64,000 nucleotides of DNA from an uncultured Gemmatimonadales bacterium (GTDB lineage: Bacteria > Gemmatimonadota > Gemmatimonadetes > Gemmatimonadales > GWC2-71-9), in contig CAVSQW010000017.1 in assembly GCA_963730185.1 (NCBI GenBank), positions 1 through 64,000 on the forward strand, written 5' to 3'. The notes below the pieces were generated by a model. That model worked only from the letters and a program-made list of their open reading frames with translations, did not search any database and was not told the origin of the DNA. Within the stretch, counting starts at the first letter, position 1. Every line of letters starts with the position of its first letter. Shown in pieces: positions 1 to 11,396 of the stretch. The translations under genes and the position numbers were made by a program.

Positions 1-1
1 T

Positions 2-388
2 AATCCGAAGGTTCGACGGACCGTTTACGAGCGTCTTGGCGGTCGAGACCGGGTTCAGCTCACCGAGCCCCTGGGGTATCGCGAATTTGTGGCGGCCATC
101 AAGGCCTCGTATTTCATCATCACGGATTCCGGCGGCGTGCAAGAGGAAGCTCCCTCGCTCGACAAGCCGGTGCTGGTGCTCCGCGATGCAACGGAGCGTC
201 CGGAGGTTGTCGACGTTGGTGCGGCTCGTCTGATTGGGCGAGACCCGGTGGCTGTCTTGGCGGCGGCCAACACCCTCCTGACGGATGAGCGGGCCTATGC
301 CGCCATGACGGGGCACCCGAACCCGTACGGCAATGGTCGGGCAGCCCAGGAGATCGCCGGTATCGTGGCTCGGGAACTGGCTCGGTAG
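2..388 (+). CDS. wecB: UDP-N-acetylglucosamine 2-epimerase (non-hydrolysing), C-terminal part, truncated by window start
   Basis: Frame 2 is open from base 2 (NPKVRRTVY..LTEPLGYREFV) and contains TDSGGVQEEAPSLDKPVLVLRDATERPE and NPYGNGRAA. Confidence 0.93.
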   Translation, partial: NPKVRRTVYERLGGRDRVQLTEPLGYREFVAAIKASYFIITDSGGVQEEAPSLDKPVLVLRDATERPEVVDVGAARLIGRDPVAVLAAANTLLTDERAYAAMTGHPNPYGNGRAAQEIAGIVARELAR

Positions 389-491
389 TCGTTGGTTGGG
401 GCAATTGGCGGCGCCTGCCGCAGGCCGGTTCGAGGATGGGGGCGATCATGACCGGGCCTTCATTCGCCCGTGGAACGCGGGACTGGTGCAG

Positions 492-1935
492 ATGGGCGAT
501 CTGAGCCTCCGAGTCTACCACCGCCTGCCCGGGCCGCTGCGCAATCTCGCCGCGAGCGCCCGCGGCTCGTGTTGGCGGGTAGGTGGCGGTTCAGACCGGA
601 GACCGAGGACTTGGTTGCCCAGGCCCTGGAACGCGAGCAGTGGAGCTCGGACCAGTCACACACTTCTGGCAAGACGAGCGCCTCGGCCGCCTGCTTCATC
701 GCGCGGCGACCCAAGTGCCCTACTACCGAGAGCACTGGGCTGACCGCCGCCGCCAAGGTGACCGGCGGTCGTGGGAGTACCTCGAACATTGGCCCGTTCT
801 CGACAAGGACGTGGTGAGAGGGAACCCGAAGGCGTTCATCGCCGACGACTACCGTGACCAGCGGATGCTGCGCGTTCAAACCAGCGGAACGACCAGCAAA
901 CCCGTCTCCATCTATCAGGTCCGAGACACCGTCCGAGGCTGGTACGCACTCACGGAAGCCCGGACTCGGCGGTGGTTCGGCCTCAAATCGGGCCGCGACC
1001 GATGGGCGGTCATGGGTGGGCAGCTGGTCACGCCCGCTGCTCAACGCCGGCCGCCATTCTGGGTTTGGAACGCGGCCCAGGGGCAGCTGTACCTTCTTCC
1101 TCCTACCACCTGGCGCCCGATCTGGTGCCGTACTACCTCGAGGCGCTCCGGCGGTACCGGGTTCGGTACATCGAGGGATATACCTCGTCGTTGTACGCGC
1201 TGGCCCAACGCGCCACCGAAGGCGGCGGGCGCCCCGACCTTGGTTTGGCCGTCGTGCTGACCTACGCCGAGCCGCTGGCGGCTTACCAACGGAGCGCTCT
1301 GGAGCGAGAGGATTCGCCGCCCCCGTCCGAGACCTACGGCATGGCTGAAGCCGTGGCCGCCGGGTCGGAGTGCGATTCGGGCGCCATGCACCGGTGGCCG
1401 GAGGCGGGTATCTTGGAGGTGCTTGCGGACGGGGCCGCGGTTCCGGTCGGGCAGTCGAGCGACTACGTTATGTACCGGCCTCGGCAACCTTGCCATGCCG
1501 CTCATTCGCTACCGCCTTAGCAACCAGGGGCCCTCTCGACCGCGTCCAGCTGCCCTTGCGGACGCACCCTGCCCATCTGGCAGCCATCGAGGGGCGGGTC
1601 GACGACGTGCTCTATACGGCCGACGGGCGCCCCATTGGCAGGCTCGATCCGATCTTCAAGACGGATCTCCCGATCCGCGAGGCGCAGATCGTGCAAGAGG
1701 CGGTGGGGAAGATCCGTATTCGCTATGTCCCGGCGCCCGGATTTGCGCCGGAGGACGGACGCACCATCGTCCAGCGACTGCGGGACCGGATGGGGCCCGT
1801 CGAGGTCGAGCTCGAGGCGTTGGCCGAGGTTCCGCGAACCGCCAACGGCAAGTTTGGGCGGTCGTATCGCACGTCAAGGCGCCGCCCAAGCCCGAGCGCG
1901 GGGTAGCCGGCGACATGGAGCGGGGGAGGACCTGA
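492..1935 (+). CDS. Phenylacetate-CoA ligase/CapK-like adenylate-forming enzyme (several frameshifts)
   Basis: Motifs TSGTTSKP, ETYGMAE, NLAMPLIRYR, IEGRVDD and VPRTANGKF are spread over successive frames; TGA overlaps next ATG at 1935. Confidence 0.8.
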
Positions 1936-3431
1936 TGCTGGACGCAACCACGGTGGCGGTGAGCCGTTCCGACGCGACGGCGTATGTGGCCCGGGCGCCC
2001 TTTCACCCCCCCCGGGCCTATCCGGAGCTCGCCGGACGTTCCTGGGCCGCGGCCGTCGATCCGACCAACGGGGTGTACGGACGGTGCGTGAGGCGCTGCG
2101 CCTGGCCGGACTCGACGCGGCCCGATTCGGCACGCCCAAATGGAGTCCCTTCCACGATCTGGTGCAGCCCGGTAACCGCGTGCTCATCAAGCCTAACTGG
2201 GTGGCGCAGGGGCACCACTTGAACGACTCGTGGGAGCAGATCGTGACCCACGGAAGCGTGATCCGCCCGCTGCTCGACTATGTCCGGCTCGCGCTGGGAG
2301 ACCGCGGCCTAATCAGCCTGGCCGATGGCCCAATGCAGAGCTCCGATCTCGACGAGATCATGAGGCGAACCGCATCCGAGAGATCCAACGCCACTATGAA
2401 GCCAGCGGGCCAGGCCCGGAGCTGCGGGTCCTCGACCTCAGGACGACCTTCTCGAGACCCGCGACAACGTGGTGGTCCGGCGTCACACGCTGCCGGGCGA
2501 CCCTGACGGTGAAGTCGTCGTCGATCTGAGTCGGTCCAGCCTCTTTCATGGCTTCCGCGGTGAAGGCCGGTACTACGGCGCGGACTACGACACCAGCGAG
2601 GTGAACAGCCACCACCGGGGCGACCTTCAGGAATACAAATTGAGCGGCACGGCGGTCGGCGCCGACATCATCATCGACGTTCCCAAGCTCAAGACCCATC
2701 AGAAGGTGGGCGTGACGCTGTCGCTCAAGGGGGTCGTCGGGCTGAACTGTGGTCGGAACTGGTTGCCGCACCGGACCCAGGGCACTCCGGATCAAGGGGG
2801 CGATCAGTTCGCCCAATCGGGTTGGCGCCAACGGTTGGAGTACGCGGTGGTTCGGCGGCTGGAGCAGGCCTCCCTTCGGTATCCAAACACGATTCCCCAC
2901 CTGTATCGTCTCGCCAAGCGAGGCGGACGGCTGCTGTTCGGCGCGACCCATCAGACGGTGCGCGGCGGAGGGTGGTATGGCAACGACACCCTCTGGCGGA
3001 TGGCCCTCGACATCAATCGCGCGCTCGTCTACGCCGACCGGGCCGGGCAGCTCCACCCCGAGCCCACCAAGAAGCGATTCTGCGTCGTCGACGGGATCGT
3101 TGCCGGTGAGGGCGTCGGCCCGATCTACGCCGACCCCAAGCCGTGCGGGATCGTGATCGCCGGCGCCAATCCCGTGGCCGTCGACGTGGTAAGGACCGAG
3201 ATCATGGGCTTCGATCACCGCCAGCTGCCGATGCTGAGTCAGGCGTTCGAGGCTGCCGACTTCCCGCTGATCGGATTCACCGCCGAGGACATCCGGGTGG
3301 TGAGCAACGTGCCCGACTGGACCGGCTCCCTCAGCGCCATCCGCGAGGCGGAGCCGTTTACCTTCGCCACGCCGAAGGGCTGGGAAGGCCACATGGAGCG
3401 GGTGGCTCAGGCGATCGCCGTGGCCGACTAA
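1935..3431 (+). CDS. DUF362 domain protein (frameshifted near 2080, 2370 and 2455)
   Basis: VLIKPNWV, VTHGSVI, DVPKLKTHQKVGVTLSLKGVVG, VVDGIVAGEGVGP, ANPVAVD. Confidence 0.8.
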
Positions 3432-3653
3432 GCTGTTTCGCCCCGTCAGCGTGGCAACGTCCCGCTCGTAGGACTCAGTCGTGAGGATCCCGGACGAGAT
3501 CGCGACCGCACCCAGCGTGAGCGCCCGGCGAACTAGTTTGTCTAAGCTATTGTAGGGTTTATGCTTAGCTAGTGGCACTCGTTCGGCCTGGAGGCCGTCA
3601 GCGGCATCCGGAGCAACTGCGAAACATAGCGAGATGGGCCCCGTGGCCTCGCA

Positions 3654-3669
3654 TGGCACCTGGCTTGCA
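3654..3669 (+). promoter_or_regulatory. sigma54 -24/-12 promoter
   Basis: TGGCAC-CTGGC-TTGCA is a perfect consensus match, about 30 nt upstream of the wzy/ligase-like gene. Confidence 0.75.
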
Positions 3670-3701
3670 CGGCATCCTTGCTCTCCGGTAGCTTCTTTGG
3701 C

Positions 3702-5180
3702 ATGCCAGGGTGGCGAGTGAATCGACGCGTGGTCAATCGAGCATCGACGGTACCCCGGGTCGACGAGGTCGGGCTCGACGAGCCGGCGGGGGGCATCACG
3801 CTCCTCCAGGTCTCGATGATGGTCATGACCTTCGTGGCCGTCTGGCGCATCCAGGACCTCTATCCCGATCCTCAATTCGGTCAAGATCCAGTACATCGCC
3901 CCGGCGCTGGGCGTTCTCGCGTTCGTCGCCGACCGGAAGTCTCATCGCCGACTGCGTGGGATCATGCACCCGCTGTTCTATCGGGTGCTCGGGATCCTGG
4001 TCATGGTGGCGGTGAGCGTTCCCACCAGTGTTTGGCCCGGCAGGTCGTTCAACTTCCTGGTCAACGACTACGCCAAGACCTTCGGGGTGATGGTGCTGAT
4101 GGCCGCCAGCATCCGGTCGGTCAAAGACCTCGATCGCTACGCGGTGATGCACATGGCCGGCGCGGTGATCTACTCGTCCTTCGTACTGACCCATTTCAGC
4201 ATGCACAACGGGCGGCTGGGCAACCTGGTCTACTACGATTCCAACGACCTCGGGCTGCTCCTCGTCGGCACCATTCCGTTTTGCGTCTACTTCGCCCGTC
4301 CGGGCGTCAAGCCGGTCGGGCGTCTGGCCGCGCTCGGGGTGCTCGGCATGCTCATGTACACCCTGGTCGCGACGGGGTCGCGGGGCGGGTTCATCGGGCT
4401 GGTCGCGTGCGGCACCTACCTGCTGTTCAACTTCTCCGCGCTCCCGAAGTCGACTCGGATGAGCGCGGTGGGAGCGATCGTCGCGCGTGTTGCTCGTCTT
4501 TGGCGGCGACCGGTACTGGGAGATGATGTCGACCATTTTCCATCCCAAGGACGACTACAACTGGAACGGCGACGTCGGGCGTCGTGAGATCTGGAAGCGC
4601 GGGATCGGCTACATGGTGACCCACCCGGTCACGGGCGTGGGGGCGAGGGCGTTCGGGACGGCGGAGGGCACCATTTCAGGGATCTCGGAGCGCCAGCAGT
4701 ACGGGATCGGGCTCAAATGGTCCGAGGCCCACAATTCGTTCGTCGAGATCGGGGCGGAGCTGGGCGTCTTCGGGATCGGTCTCTTCCTGGCCGCGCTGTA
4801 CGAAGTCCTGGAAGTTCCTGCGCCGGGTCGGGAAGCCCAAGAAGGCGCCCCGCGCGGGACCAATCGGCCCGATGGGGCAGGCCGTGGCGGGGAGCCTCAT
4901 CGCCTACTGCGCGGCGGGGTTCTTCGTGTCGGCGGGCTACTCCTCGTTCCTCTACACGCTGTTCGCGATGACCCTCGGCATGATGGCGCTCATGGCCCGG
5001 CGGGAGGCGGCCGCCGAGCCCGCGATGGCCGCTCGCCCCGTTCGAGCCCGAGCCGCCCGGATGCGGGCGCCGTCGGTCGTCGTGCCGGCGCCGTCGGCCT
5101 CGCGGGGCCGGATTCAGCCGTCGCCGAGCCGGCATCCGGGGCCGTCGCCGGTTGCGCCGCCCGGGGTTCAGCCTTCTTGA
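3702..5180 (+). CDS. O-antigen ligase/Wzy polymerase family membrane protein (frameshifted)
   Basis: Multi-TM protein with YDSNDLG, ATGSRGGFIGL, GRREIWKRG..HPVTGVG and AHNSFVEIGAELGVFG; start approximate. Confidence 0.82.
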
Positions 5181-5195
5181 CGCCGGGGTGTCCGG

Positions 5196-6116
5196 ATGAG
5201 TGATCGTCCGGCCGGCCCCGGGTGGAAGCGCGCGGCGGAGCGGGTGGCGGTGGCCGGCGGGGCCGCCGGGCTCGGCCGATGGACCCGCCGGGGCCGCCTG
5301 CTGGTGCTGGCCTACCACAACGTCGTTCCCGATCAGGTCGCCCGGACCGGCGACCCTTCGCTGCACCTCGCCCTCTCCGATTTCTCGGCCCAGCTGGATT
5401 ACCTCGGACGCCATTGCGATGTAGTGGGCATGGAGGAGCTCGGCCAGGCCGCCGCCGGCAGGCACCGCCCGCGGGTGATCCTGACCTTCGATGATGCCTA
5501 CCTGGGCGCCGTGAGCCATGCCCTCCCGGAGGTCGCCCGGCGGGGCTGGAAGGCCACGCTGTTCGTGGCGCCCGGCTGCCTCGGGCTCGAGTCCCTGTGG
5601 TGGGACCGGTGCGCCGGTCTGCCGGGGTGGGAGACCGGCCTCCGCGACCGGCTGCTGACCGACCTGGCCGGCCGAGAGGACGCCATCGCCGCGTGGGGCG
5701 CTCGCGAGGGGGGCGCGGCTCCCTCGCTCTCGCCCTGGCACCGGATCGCGACCCTGGCGGAGCTGGAGGCGCTCGACGGCCTTCCGGGCGTCACCCTCGG
5801 CGCGCACAGCTGGGGTCACCCCAACCTTGCGGCTCTGGCGGCGGCGGATCTCGCCGGGGAGCTGGCCCGGCCGCTCGAGTGGCTTCGCGCTCGGCTCGAA
5901 CGGGTCGGGCCGTGGTTGGCGTATCCCTATGGGCTCTTTACCGATCGGACCGTCGCCGCCGCGGCCCGGGCCGGGTACACCGCGGGGTTCCGGGTGTCCG
6001 GCGGTTGGCTGGCGCGGCGCGAGCCCGATCCTCTCCGGCTGCCGCGGTGGAACGTGCCGGCGGGGATCTCCGCCGCCGGGTTCGCGCTCCGGATCGCCGG
6101 GTGGCTGGCCCGGTGA
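5196..6116 (+). CDS. Polysaccharide deacetylase (NodB/CE4)
   Basis: VLAYHNV, LTFDDAY, GAHSWGHPNL, AYPYG. Confidence 0.9.
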   Translation: MSDRPAGPGWKRAAERVAVAGGAAGLGRWTRRGRLLVLAYHNVVPDQVARTGDPSLHLALSDFSAQLDYLGRHCDVVGMEELGQAAAGRHRPRVILTFDDAYLGAVSHALPEVARRGWKATLFVAPGCLGLESLWWDRCAGLPGWETGLRDRLLTDLAGREDAIAAWGAREGGAAPSLSPWHRIATLAELEALDGLPGVTLGAHSWGHPNLAALAAADLAGELARPLEWLRARLERVGPWLAYPYGLFTDRTVAAAARAGYTAGFRVSGGWLARREPDPLRLPRWNVPAGISAAGFALRIAGWLAR

Positions 6117-7225
6117 GCCCGCCCATCCGGGTGCTCCACGTGGTGCCGGACCTCCTCTTCGGCGGTCTTCAGCGTCTCGTGGCCCAGCTCGTCGTCCGGT
6201 CGGCCCAAGCCGGTCTCGACGCTCACGTGCTGGTGCTCGGCGAGGTGGGGCCGCCGGCCGAGGCGATCGAGCCCTCGCGGCTGCATCGCCTGCCTCGGCA
6301 GCGGCCGTGGTCGCTGCTCCGGCCCTCGGAGCTGGCGGCGGCCGTCCGCGCCCTCGGCCCCGATGTGGTCCACAGTCACAGCGGCGTCTGGCTCAAGGCC
6401 GCTCGAGCGGCCCGGATGGCCGGCACCCGCCTGGTCGTGCACACCGATCACGGCCGCCTGGTCCCCGATCCCTGGGCGGCTCGTCTGGTGGATCGACTCG
6501 GCTCCCGGCTCACCGATGTCGTGATCGCGGTCTCGGACGCCCTGGCGGAGCGGCTCCGGAACGGCGTGGTCGCCCACCCCGAGCGGATCCGGGTGATCAT
6601 CAACGGGGTCGACACGGACGAGCTCCGGCCGGGCGGCGCGCCCGATCTCAGGCGGGAGCTGGGTCTGCCGGCGGAGGCGCCGGTGATCGGCAGCATCGGC
6701 CGGATCGAGCCGATCAAGGGCTACGATGTGATGGTCGAGGCGTTCGCAGCGCTGGCTCGACGGGGGGCCCCGGCCGGAACCCGCCTGGTCGTCGCGGGTG
6801 ATGGGGCCCAACGCGAGTCCCTGGAGGCTCGAGTCCGCGAGCTCGGCCTCGACGCCGCGGTCCGTTTCGTCGGCTGGCGCCAGGACGTGGGGTCACTGCT
6901 GGCGACGCTGGACCTGTTCGCCCTGACCTCCCGGAGCGAGGGGACCTCGGTGAGCCTGCTCGAGGCGATGAGTGCCGGGGTGTGCCCGGTGGTGACCGAC
7001 GTGGGCGGGAACCGGGCGGTGCTCGGACCGGAGCTGGCCCACCGGCTGGTGCCGTCGGCCGATCCCGAGGCGATCGCCGAGGGTTGGCTCCGAGCGCTGA
7101 GTGATCGGGGCGAGCGCAACCGCGACGCGGTCACCGCCCGAACTCGGGTTGAAGGCCGCTACAGCTTGCGGGCGATGGAGGAAGCGTATGCCGGCGTCTA
7201 CCGGGACGGGCTGAGAGCGCCGTAG
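6113..7225 (+). CDS. Glycosyltransferase family 4
   Basis: GTG overlaps upstream TGA; RVLHVV..GGLQR, IGRIEPIKG, SRSEGTSVSLLEAM. Confidence 0.9.
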   Translation: MSPPIRVLHVVPDLLFGGLQRLVAQLVVRSAQAGLDAHVLVLGEVGPPAEAIEPSRLHRLPRQRPWSLLRPSELAAAVRALGPDVVHSHSGVWLKAARAARMAGTRLVVHTDHGRLVPDPWAARLVDRLGSRLTDVVIAVSDALAERLRNGVVAHPERIRVIINGVDTDELRPGGAPDLRRELGLPAEAPVIGSIGRIEPIKGYDVMVEAFAALARRGAPAGTRLVVAGDGAQRESLEARVRELGLDAAVRFVGWRQDVGSLLATLDLFALTSRSEGTSVSLLEAMSAGVCPVVTDVGGNRAVLGPELAHRLVPSADPEAIAEGWLRALSDRGERNRDAVTARTRVEGRYSLRAMEEAYAGVYRDGLRAP

Positions 7226-7247
7226 CGGCCGTTCCCGAGGCGGAGTC

Positions 7248-8687
7248 TCAGCGAGGCTCGGTCGGGAGCGGTGCCGGGCCGCACCAGTGCAGATCGACTC
7301 GGTATCGCCGATAGTCGATTCGACCTCGTTCCTGGGCGAGCACCTCGCGGCAGTGGGCCTCGATCCACGCCTCGAGCCGGGGGCCCCCTTCTCGAAGTCC
7401 GTAGCGCCTGGTCGAGGTGATGAGCCAGAAGCTGGAATCGGCCCCGGCCATCAGCATCTTCCCGAGCGGAACATAGTGCAGATCCGGTGCGTCCTTCCGC
7501 TGAATGTCATCGACACCGCTGGTCACCGAGCGATCGGGACCCAACTGCCTCACGGCCTCGAAGGCGGGCCGATAGTCGAAGCGGGAGCCGTCGGCGAGGT
7601 GCGAAATCGTCTCGGGAGCGCTGGCCAGGCCCAGGGCGAGTGATCCGGCGGCCACGACCGTTGGGCCGGCGGCCGCGCCCGAGAGCGCGCCGACCCGGGC
7701 GACCGCGGCGCCGATCGCGATGTAGATCAGCGGCAGGACGGCGATGCCGTAGTCGGAGTACACCGCGCTCCGGAACGAGGCGGCGAACAGGAGGACCAAC
7801 GCGCCTGTCCCCCCGAGTGCCGTCATGCTGGCCCATCGGCGATTCGCAGGCGTCCCGGCGAGGAAGAGCCAAACGCAGGCCGCCACCCCCGCCCCGGCGA
7901 TCGCCACGCTCATCCACTGCACCATGGCGGGCACCAACCGCAGCGACACCAGGAACCCGCGGGCGGTCGCGTTCTGCAGGGCCGCTTCTTGTCCGATCAG
8001 CTTGAGGACCAGGAAGCCGATGGTTCCCGCAACGCCCATCGGCAGCCACAGCCAAACCAGCTCCGTCCGGGTCGGTTTGACGACCGACAGGCTCCCGTCC
8101 GCGGTCACCAGGTGGAGCCCCACGACCGCGCCGACCATTGGGAAAGCGAACGTCGGGTGCGTCAGCGTCCCGACGATGAAGAGCGCTGCGACTCGCAGAT
8201 ACGCGGCCCGGCGATCGGTGTCGATCGCGATCGCCAGGGCCCCGAAGGTGGCGGTCGCCAGCAGGTAGACCAGGGTCCAGTAGCGGGCGAATTGACTGGC
8301 ATAGAGGTGCCACGGTGACAGGGCCACCAGCAGGGCGGCGACCAAGCCCGCGTAGCCTCCGAACATTCGCCGCCCGACCCACCAGGTCACCGCGATGCCG
8401 GCGACCCCGAACCCGAAGGCCGGCAGGCGGAGCCAGAAGTGGTCGGCCGGCAACACCTGAAGCAGCAGGTGCTGCAGCACGTAGTAGATCGGCCTCGCGG
8501 CGATGCCTGGTCCGCCGCCGGCGGCGGAGTGAAGCCTCAGCGTGGCGGCGTCACGCAGCGTGTAGAGCTCGTCTCCCTCCCAGTCCCATGACGCGAGTCC
8601 CCAGAGACGAATCGCGGTGCCGAGCGCCAGGATGAGACTCAGCCAGACGGCCTCGTGGCGGGGCTGTGGCTCAGTCGACGTCCTCAT
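7248..8687 (-). CDS. GT-C fold (ArnT/PMT-like) membrane glycosyltransferase
   Basis: TM1 followed by WEGDELYT (DE motif), WLRLPA, ASQFARYW; many TM helices. Confidence 0.8.
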   Translation of the reverse strand: MRTSTEPQPRHEAVWLSLILALGTAIRLWGLASWDWEGDELYTLRDAATLRLHSAAGGGPGIAARPIYYVLQHLLLQVLPADHFWLRLPAFGFGVAGIAVTWWVGRRMFGGYAGLVAALLVALSPWHLYASQFARYWTLVYLLATATFGALAIAIDTDRRAAYLRVAALFIVGTLTHPTFAFPMVGAVVGLHLVTADGSLSVVKPTRTELVWLWLPMGVAGTIGFLVLKLIGQEAALQNATARGFLVSLRLVPAMVQWMSVAIAGAGVAACVWLFLAGTPANRRWASMTALGGTGALVLLFAASFRSAVYSDYGIAVLPLIYIAIGAAVARVGALSGAAAGPTVVAAGSLALGLASAPETISHLADGSRFDYRPAFEAVRQLGPDRSVTSGVDDIQRKDAPDLHYVPLGKMLMAGADSSFWLITSTRRYGLREGGPRLEAWIEAHCREVLAQERGRIDYRRYRVDLHWCGPAPLPTEPR

Positions 8688-9682
8688 TCGGTTGGGCCGT
8701 CACCCGCTCCAAGGCGATAGGCCGAGTACTGGCGGCGGGCAGGCCTCGTTCGTCGCACCACCAACTCCCCAACCAGGCCGGCGATGGCCAGCTGGAGACC
8801 GGCCAGGAGCAGCACCACGCCGAGGAAGAACAGGGGGCGAGTCCCGATGGACTGGTTGAGGACGAGGCGCAGGTAGCTCATGTAGGTGAGGAGCAGGAAA
8901 CCGCCCAGGCCGAGTGACAGTCCGATGGTTCCGAAGAAATGCATCGGCCGGTGCTCGAACCGGGTCAGGAGCAGGACGGTCAGAAGGTCGTAGGCGCCCT
9001 TGAACAGACGGGTTACGCCGTACTTGCTCTTGCCCCACACCCGAGGAGCGTGCTCGACCGCGATCTCGCGAACCCGGAATCCTCGACCCGCCGCGAGAAT
9101 CGGAATGAAACGGTGCATCTCGCCGTACAGGTCCAGCTCTTGGACGACTTCGGCGCGATAGGCCTTGAACCCGCAGTTGAAGTCGTGAAGGTCGAGGCCC
9201 GAGACCTTGCTGGTGACCCAGTTGAAGACCCGGCTCGGAAGAGTCTTGCCGAGCGGGTCATGCCGCTGCTGCTTCCAGCCGGTCACCATGTCGTACCCGT
9301 CGAGCGCCGCGATCACCTTCGGAAGCTGGGACGGCTTGTCCTGGAGGTCGGCGTCCATGGTGACCACCAGCTCGCCGGCGGCCACCGAGAAACCGAGATT
9401 GAGCGCTTCGGCTTTGCCCCGGTTCGAGCGGAAGCGATGAACCTGCGTCGCGGGATCCCTGGCAGCGAGCGTGAGCAGGACTTCCGTGCTGCCATCGCTC
9501 GACCCGTCGTCCACGAAAATGATCTCGTAGCTCCGGGCCAGCTCACGGAGCTGCTCCTGCAGCTCGGAGTGGAGAGTCTCGAGCGTGCCGCGCTCGTTGA
9601 ATACCGGCACGACGACGCTGATGGTCGGCCGCAGGGGGCCAACCTCCTCGGCCCGCTCGGCCGGGCTAACTGACGTTACCAT
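8684..9682 (-). CDS. Polyprenyl-phosphate glycosyltransferase, GT2 (ArnC/DPM1-like)
   Basis: SVVVPVFNE, VDDGSSD, MDADLQD, DFNCGFKAYR, GEMHRFIP; two C-terminal TMs. Confidence 0.9.
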   Translation of the reverse strand: MVTSVSPAERAEEVGPLRPTISVVVPVFNERGTLETLHSELQEQLRELARSYEIIFVDDGSSDGSTEVLLTLAARDPATQVHRFRSNRGKAEALNLGFSVAAGELVVTMDADLQDKPSQLPKVIAALDGYDMVTGWKQQRHDPLGKTLPSRVFNWVTSKVSGLDLHDFNCGFKAYRAEVVQELDLYGEMHRFIPILAAGRGFRVREIAVEHAPRVWGKSKYGVTRLFKGAYDLLTVLLLTRFEHRPMHFFGTIGLSLGLGGFLLLTYMSYLRLVLNQSIGTRPLFFLGVVLLLAGLQLAIAGLVGELVVRRTRPARRQYSAYRLGAGDGPTE

Positions 9683-9718
9683 GGTCACTTACGCGCATAG
9701 AAGAGAATATAGGCAAAC

Positions 9719-9734
9719 CGCAACTCGCATGCCA
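9719..9734 (-). promoter_or_regulatory. sigma54 -24/-12 promoter
   Basis: Minus strand TGGCAT-GCGAG-TTGCG, about 37 nt upstream of the GT2 start. Confidence 0.65.
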
Positions 9735-9768
9735 TCGACGAGACTGCCGCTGGCCCCAGGGGGAGCGG

Positions 9769-11091
9769 CTACGTCCGACGGGGTGATCGGTGGCGGCGAT
9801 CGACGGCCTGCAGGGCGCTGACCAGCAAGGCGAGCTGTTCCGAGGTGCTCCATTCCCGCAGCAACGTCAGGTCGCCGAACGGGCCCGGAGGCGGATCCAG
9901 GAGCGCGCCTTCCAGCTTGGTCTCGAGGTCGGCGTCCTCGGATGTGGTCAGGACATGCCCCCCGACGCGCTCGACCATCCGGGCGGTCTCTCCCCCTGGA
10001 TCGGCGAAGACGAGCATCCGGCGGCGGGTCCCGAGATACTCGTAGAGCTTGTTGGGAACCTGGGCCGGCTGGCGCTCCGCCAGGAGCAGCAGGAGGTCCG
10101 CTTGAAGGATCCGTCGTTGGGCTTCGTCATGCGGGAGCCAGCCCACGAACTGGACGAGATCTCCGATGCCCAGCTCCTGAGTGACCGCTCGGACCGATTG
10201 GCCATTGAACCACTCACAGCGGCCGACCAGCTCCACCTGCACGTCTTCGGCGCTGAGCCGTCGCCGGCGGGCGACCGTGGCCAGCGCCGCGAGAAACGGC
10301 CGAGGATCACGGCCGAGGTAACAGGTTCCCACGTGGACGATCCGCCGGGGACCCGCGGTCGGCTCGCGATCGGCGTCGAGAATCCGATCGATCCCGTTGC
10401 GGATGGTGAGGAGGCGGTCGGCCCGGCCGCTCATCTTCGGCGCCAGCAGCCTCCGAATGCCGTCGGAGGCGACGACCACGAGATCGGCCCGGGCGAGACA
10501 CCGGCGCTCGAGCCATCGTTCCACCGCGTCGGAGAACCCGCTTCGGCAGTACCAGGGCTTCCCGGGATTGTCGACCCAAGGATCGCGCATCTCGAGCACC
10601 CAGGGTGCCCCGGTCCAGAGATGGGCCAGCAGAGCGGCGGCCTGGACGGACGCGGGCGGCGACGAGCTATAGAGTACCGTGCCCGGGCCGCTCTTGTGAA
10701 TGGCGGCGGCGGCGGCCTTGGCGGCGGGCCAGATGAACCCCTGGAGGGGATCGGGAAGCCAGAGCAAGGAGAGGACGAAGCGCTTGAGGGCACTCACCTG
10801 TTGAGGTGGCGTCCAGGAAGCGCTCCCCTGTTCGTCACTCGTGGCCCGGGGTGGTTGGAGGGCCGCCTTCACCTCGCGGTACCAGTCTCGCGGCGTCGAT
10901 GCCGGCCTGACGCTGACGACGGCGCCCCCGGGCCCGGCTGGCTCCGGTTCCGGCGACTCGGTTGGCAAGGCGGCGCGAACGACGGTTAGGCTGGCACCAT
11001 TTTCGCAAAGCGTTCGGGCAATCTTGCTGGCTCGGATCGCGCCGACCTCCGGGCTCGGCGGATAGTGGTAGCTCAGCAGCACAACCCGCAT
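9769..11091 (-). CDS. Glycosyltransferase family 4
   Basis: MRVVLLSYHYPP..GAIR, EMRDPW, HVGTCY, VPNKLYEYL. Confidence 0.88.
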   Translation of the reverse strand: MRVVLLSYHYPPSPEVGAIRASKIARTLCENGASLTVVRAALPTESPEPEPAGPGGAVVSVRPASTPRDWYREVKAALQPPRATSDEQGSASWTPPQQVSALKRFVLSLLWLPDPLQGFIWPAAKAAAAAIHKSGPGTVLYSSSPPASVQAAALLAHLWTGAPWVLEMRDPWVDNPGKPWYCRSGFSDAVERWLERRCLARADLVVVASDGIRRLLAPKMSGRADRLLTIRNGIDRILDADREPTAGPRRIVHVGTCYLGRDPRPFLAALATVARRRRLSAEDVQVELVGRCEWFNGQSVRAVTQELGIGDLVQFVGWLPHDEAQRRILQADLLLLLAERQPAQVPNKLYEYLGTRRRMLVFADPGGETARMVERVGGHVLTTSEDADLETKLEGALLDPPPGPFGDLTLLREWSTSEQLALLVSALQAVDRRHRSPRRT

Positions 11092-11396
11092 CGCGTCAGC
11101 GTTGAGGCTCACGTCAGAGGCAGCGGTCGTCGAAGAGGCGTGCGGCGACGCGGCACCTCCGACCGATGGGGCGCTCGTGTTCCGGTCGCGGCGGCCGTCG
11201 CGAGAAGGTTGGTTCCAGTCTGGTGCAAAGTGAGCGCGGTCGAGGATAGTATTTGTCCGATCAATGTAGCCGCTTCGCCGCTGCCGAGCGAGGGCAGTTC
11301 CATGGGTTGATTGGGTCGGCAGGCCGTCGCACCGCGACGGCTTTCCAGATTCGCACCCAGGGATCATGACGTCTACCGGAGTGGAGGTCACCCCGA

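Noticed and set aside
3531..3587. AT-rich imperfect inverted repeat (CTAAGC...GCTTAG) and a second TGGCAC box at 3572
   Set aside because: The stem is weak and the box lacks TTGC; it may be an IHF-like or bending region but cannot be supported as a distinct element.
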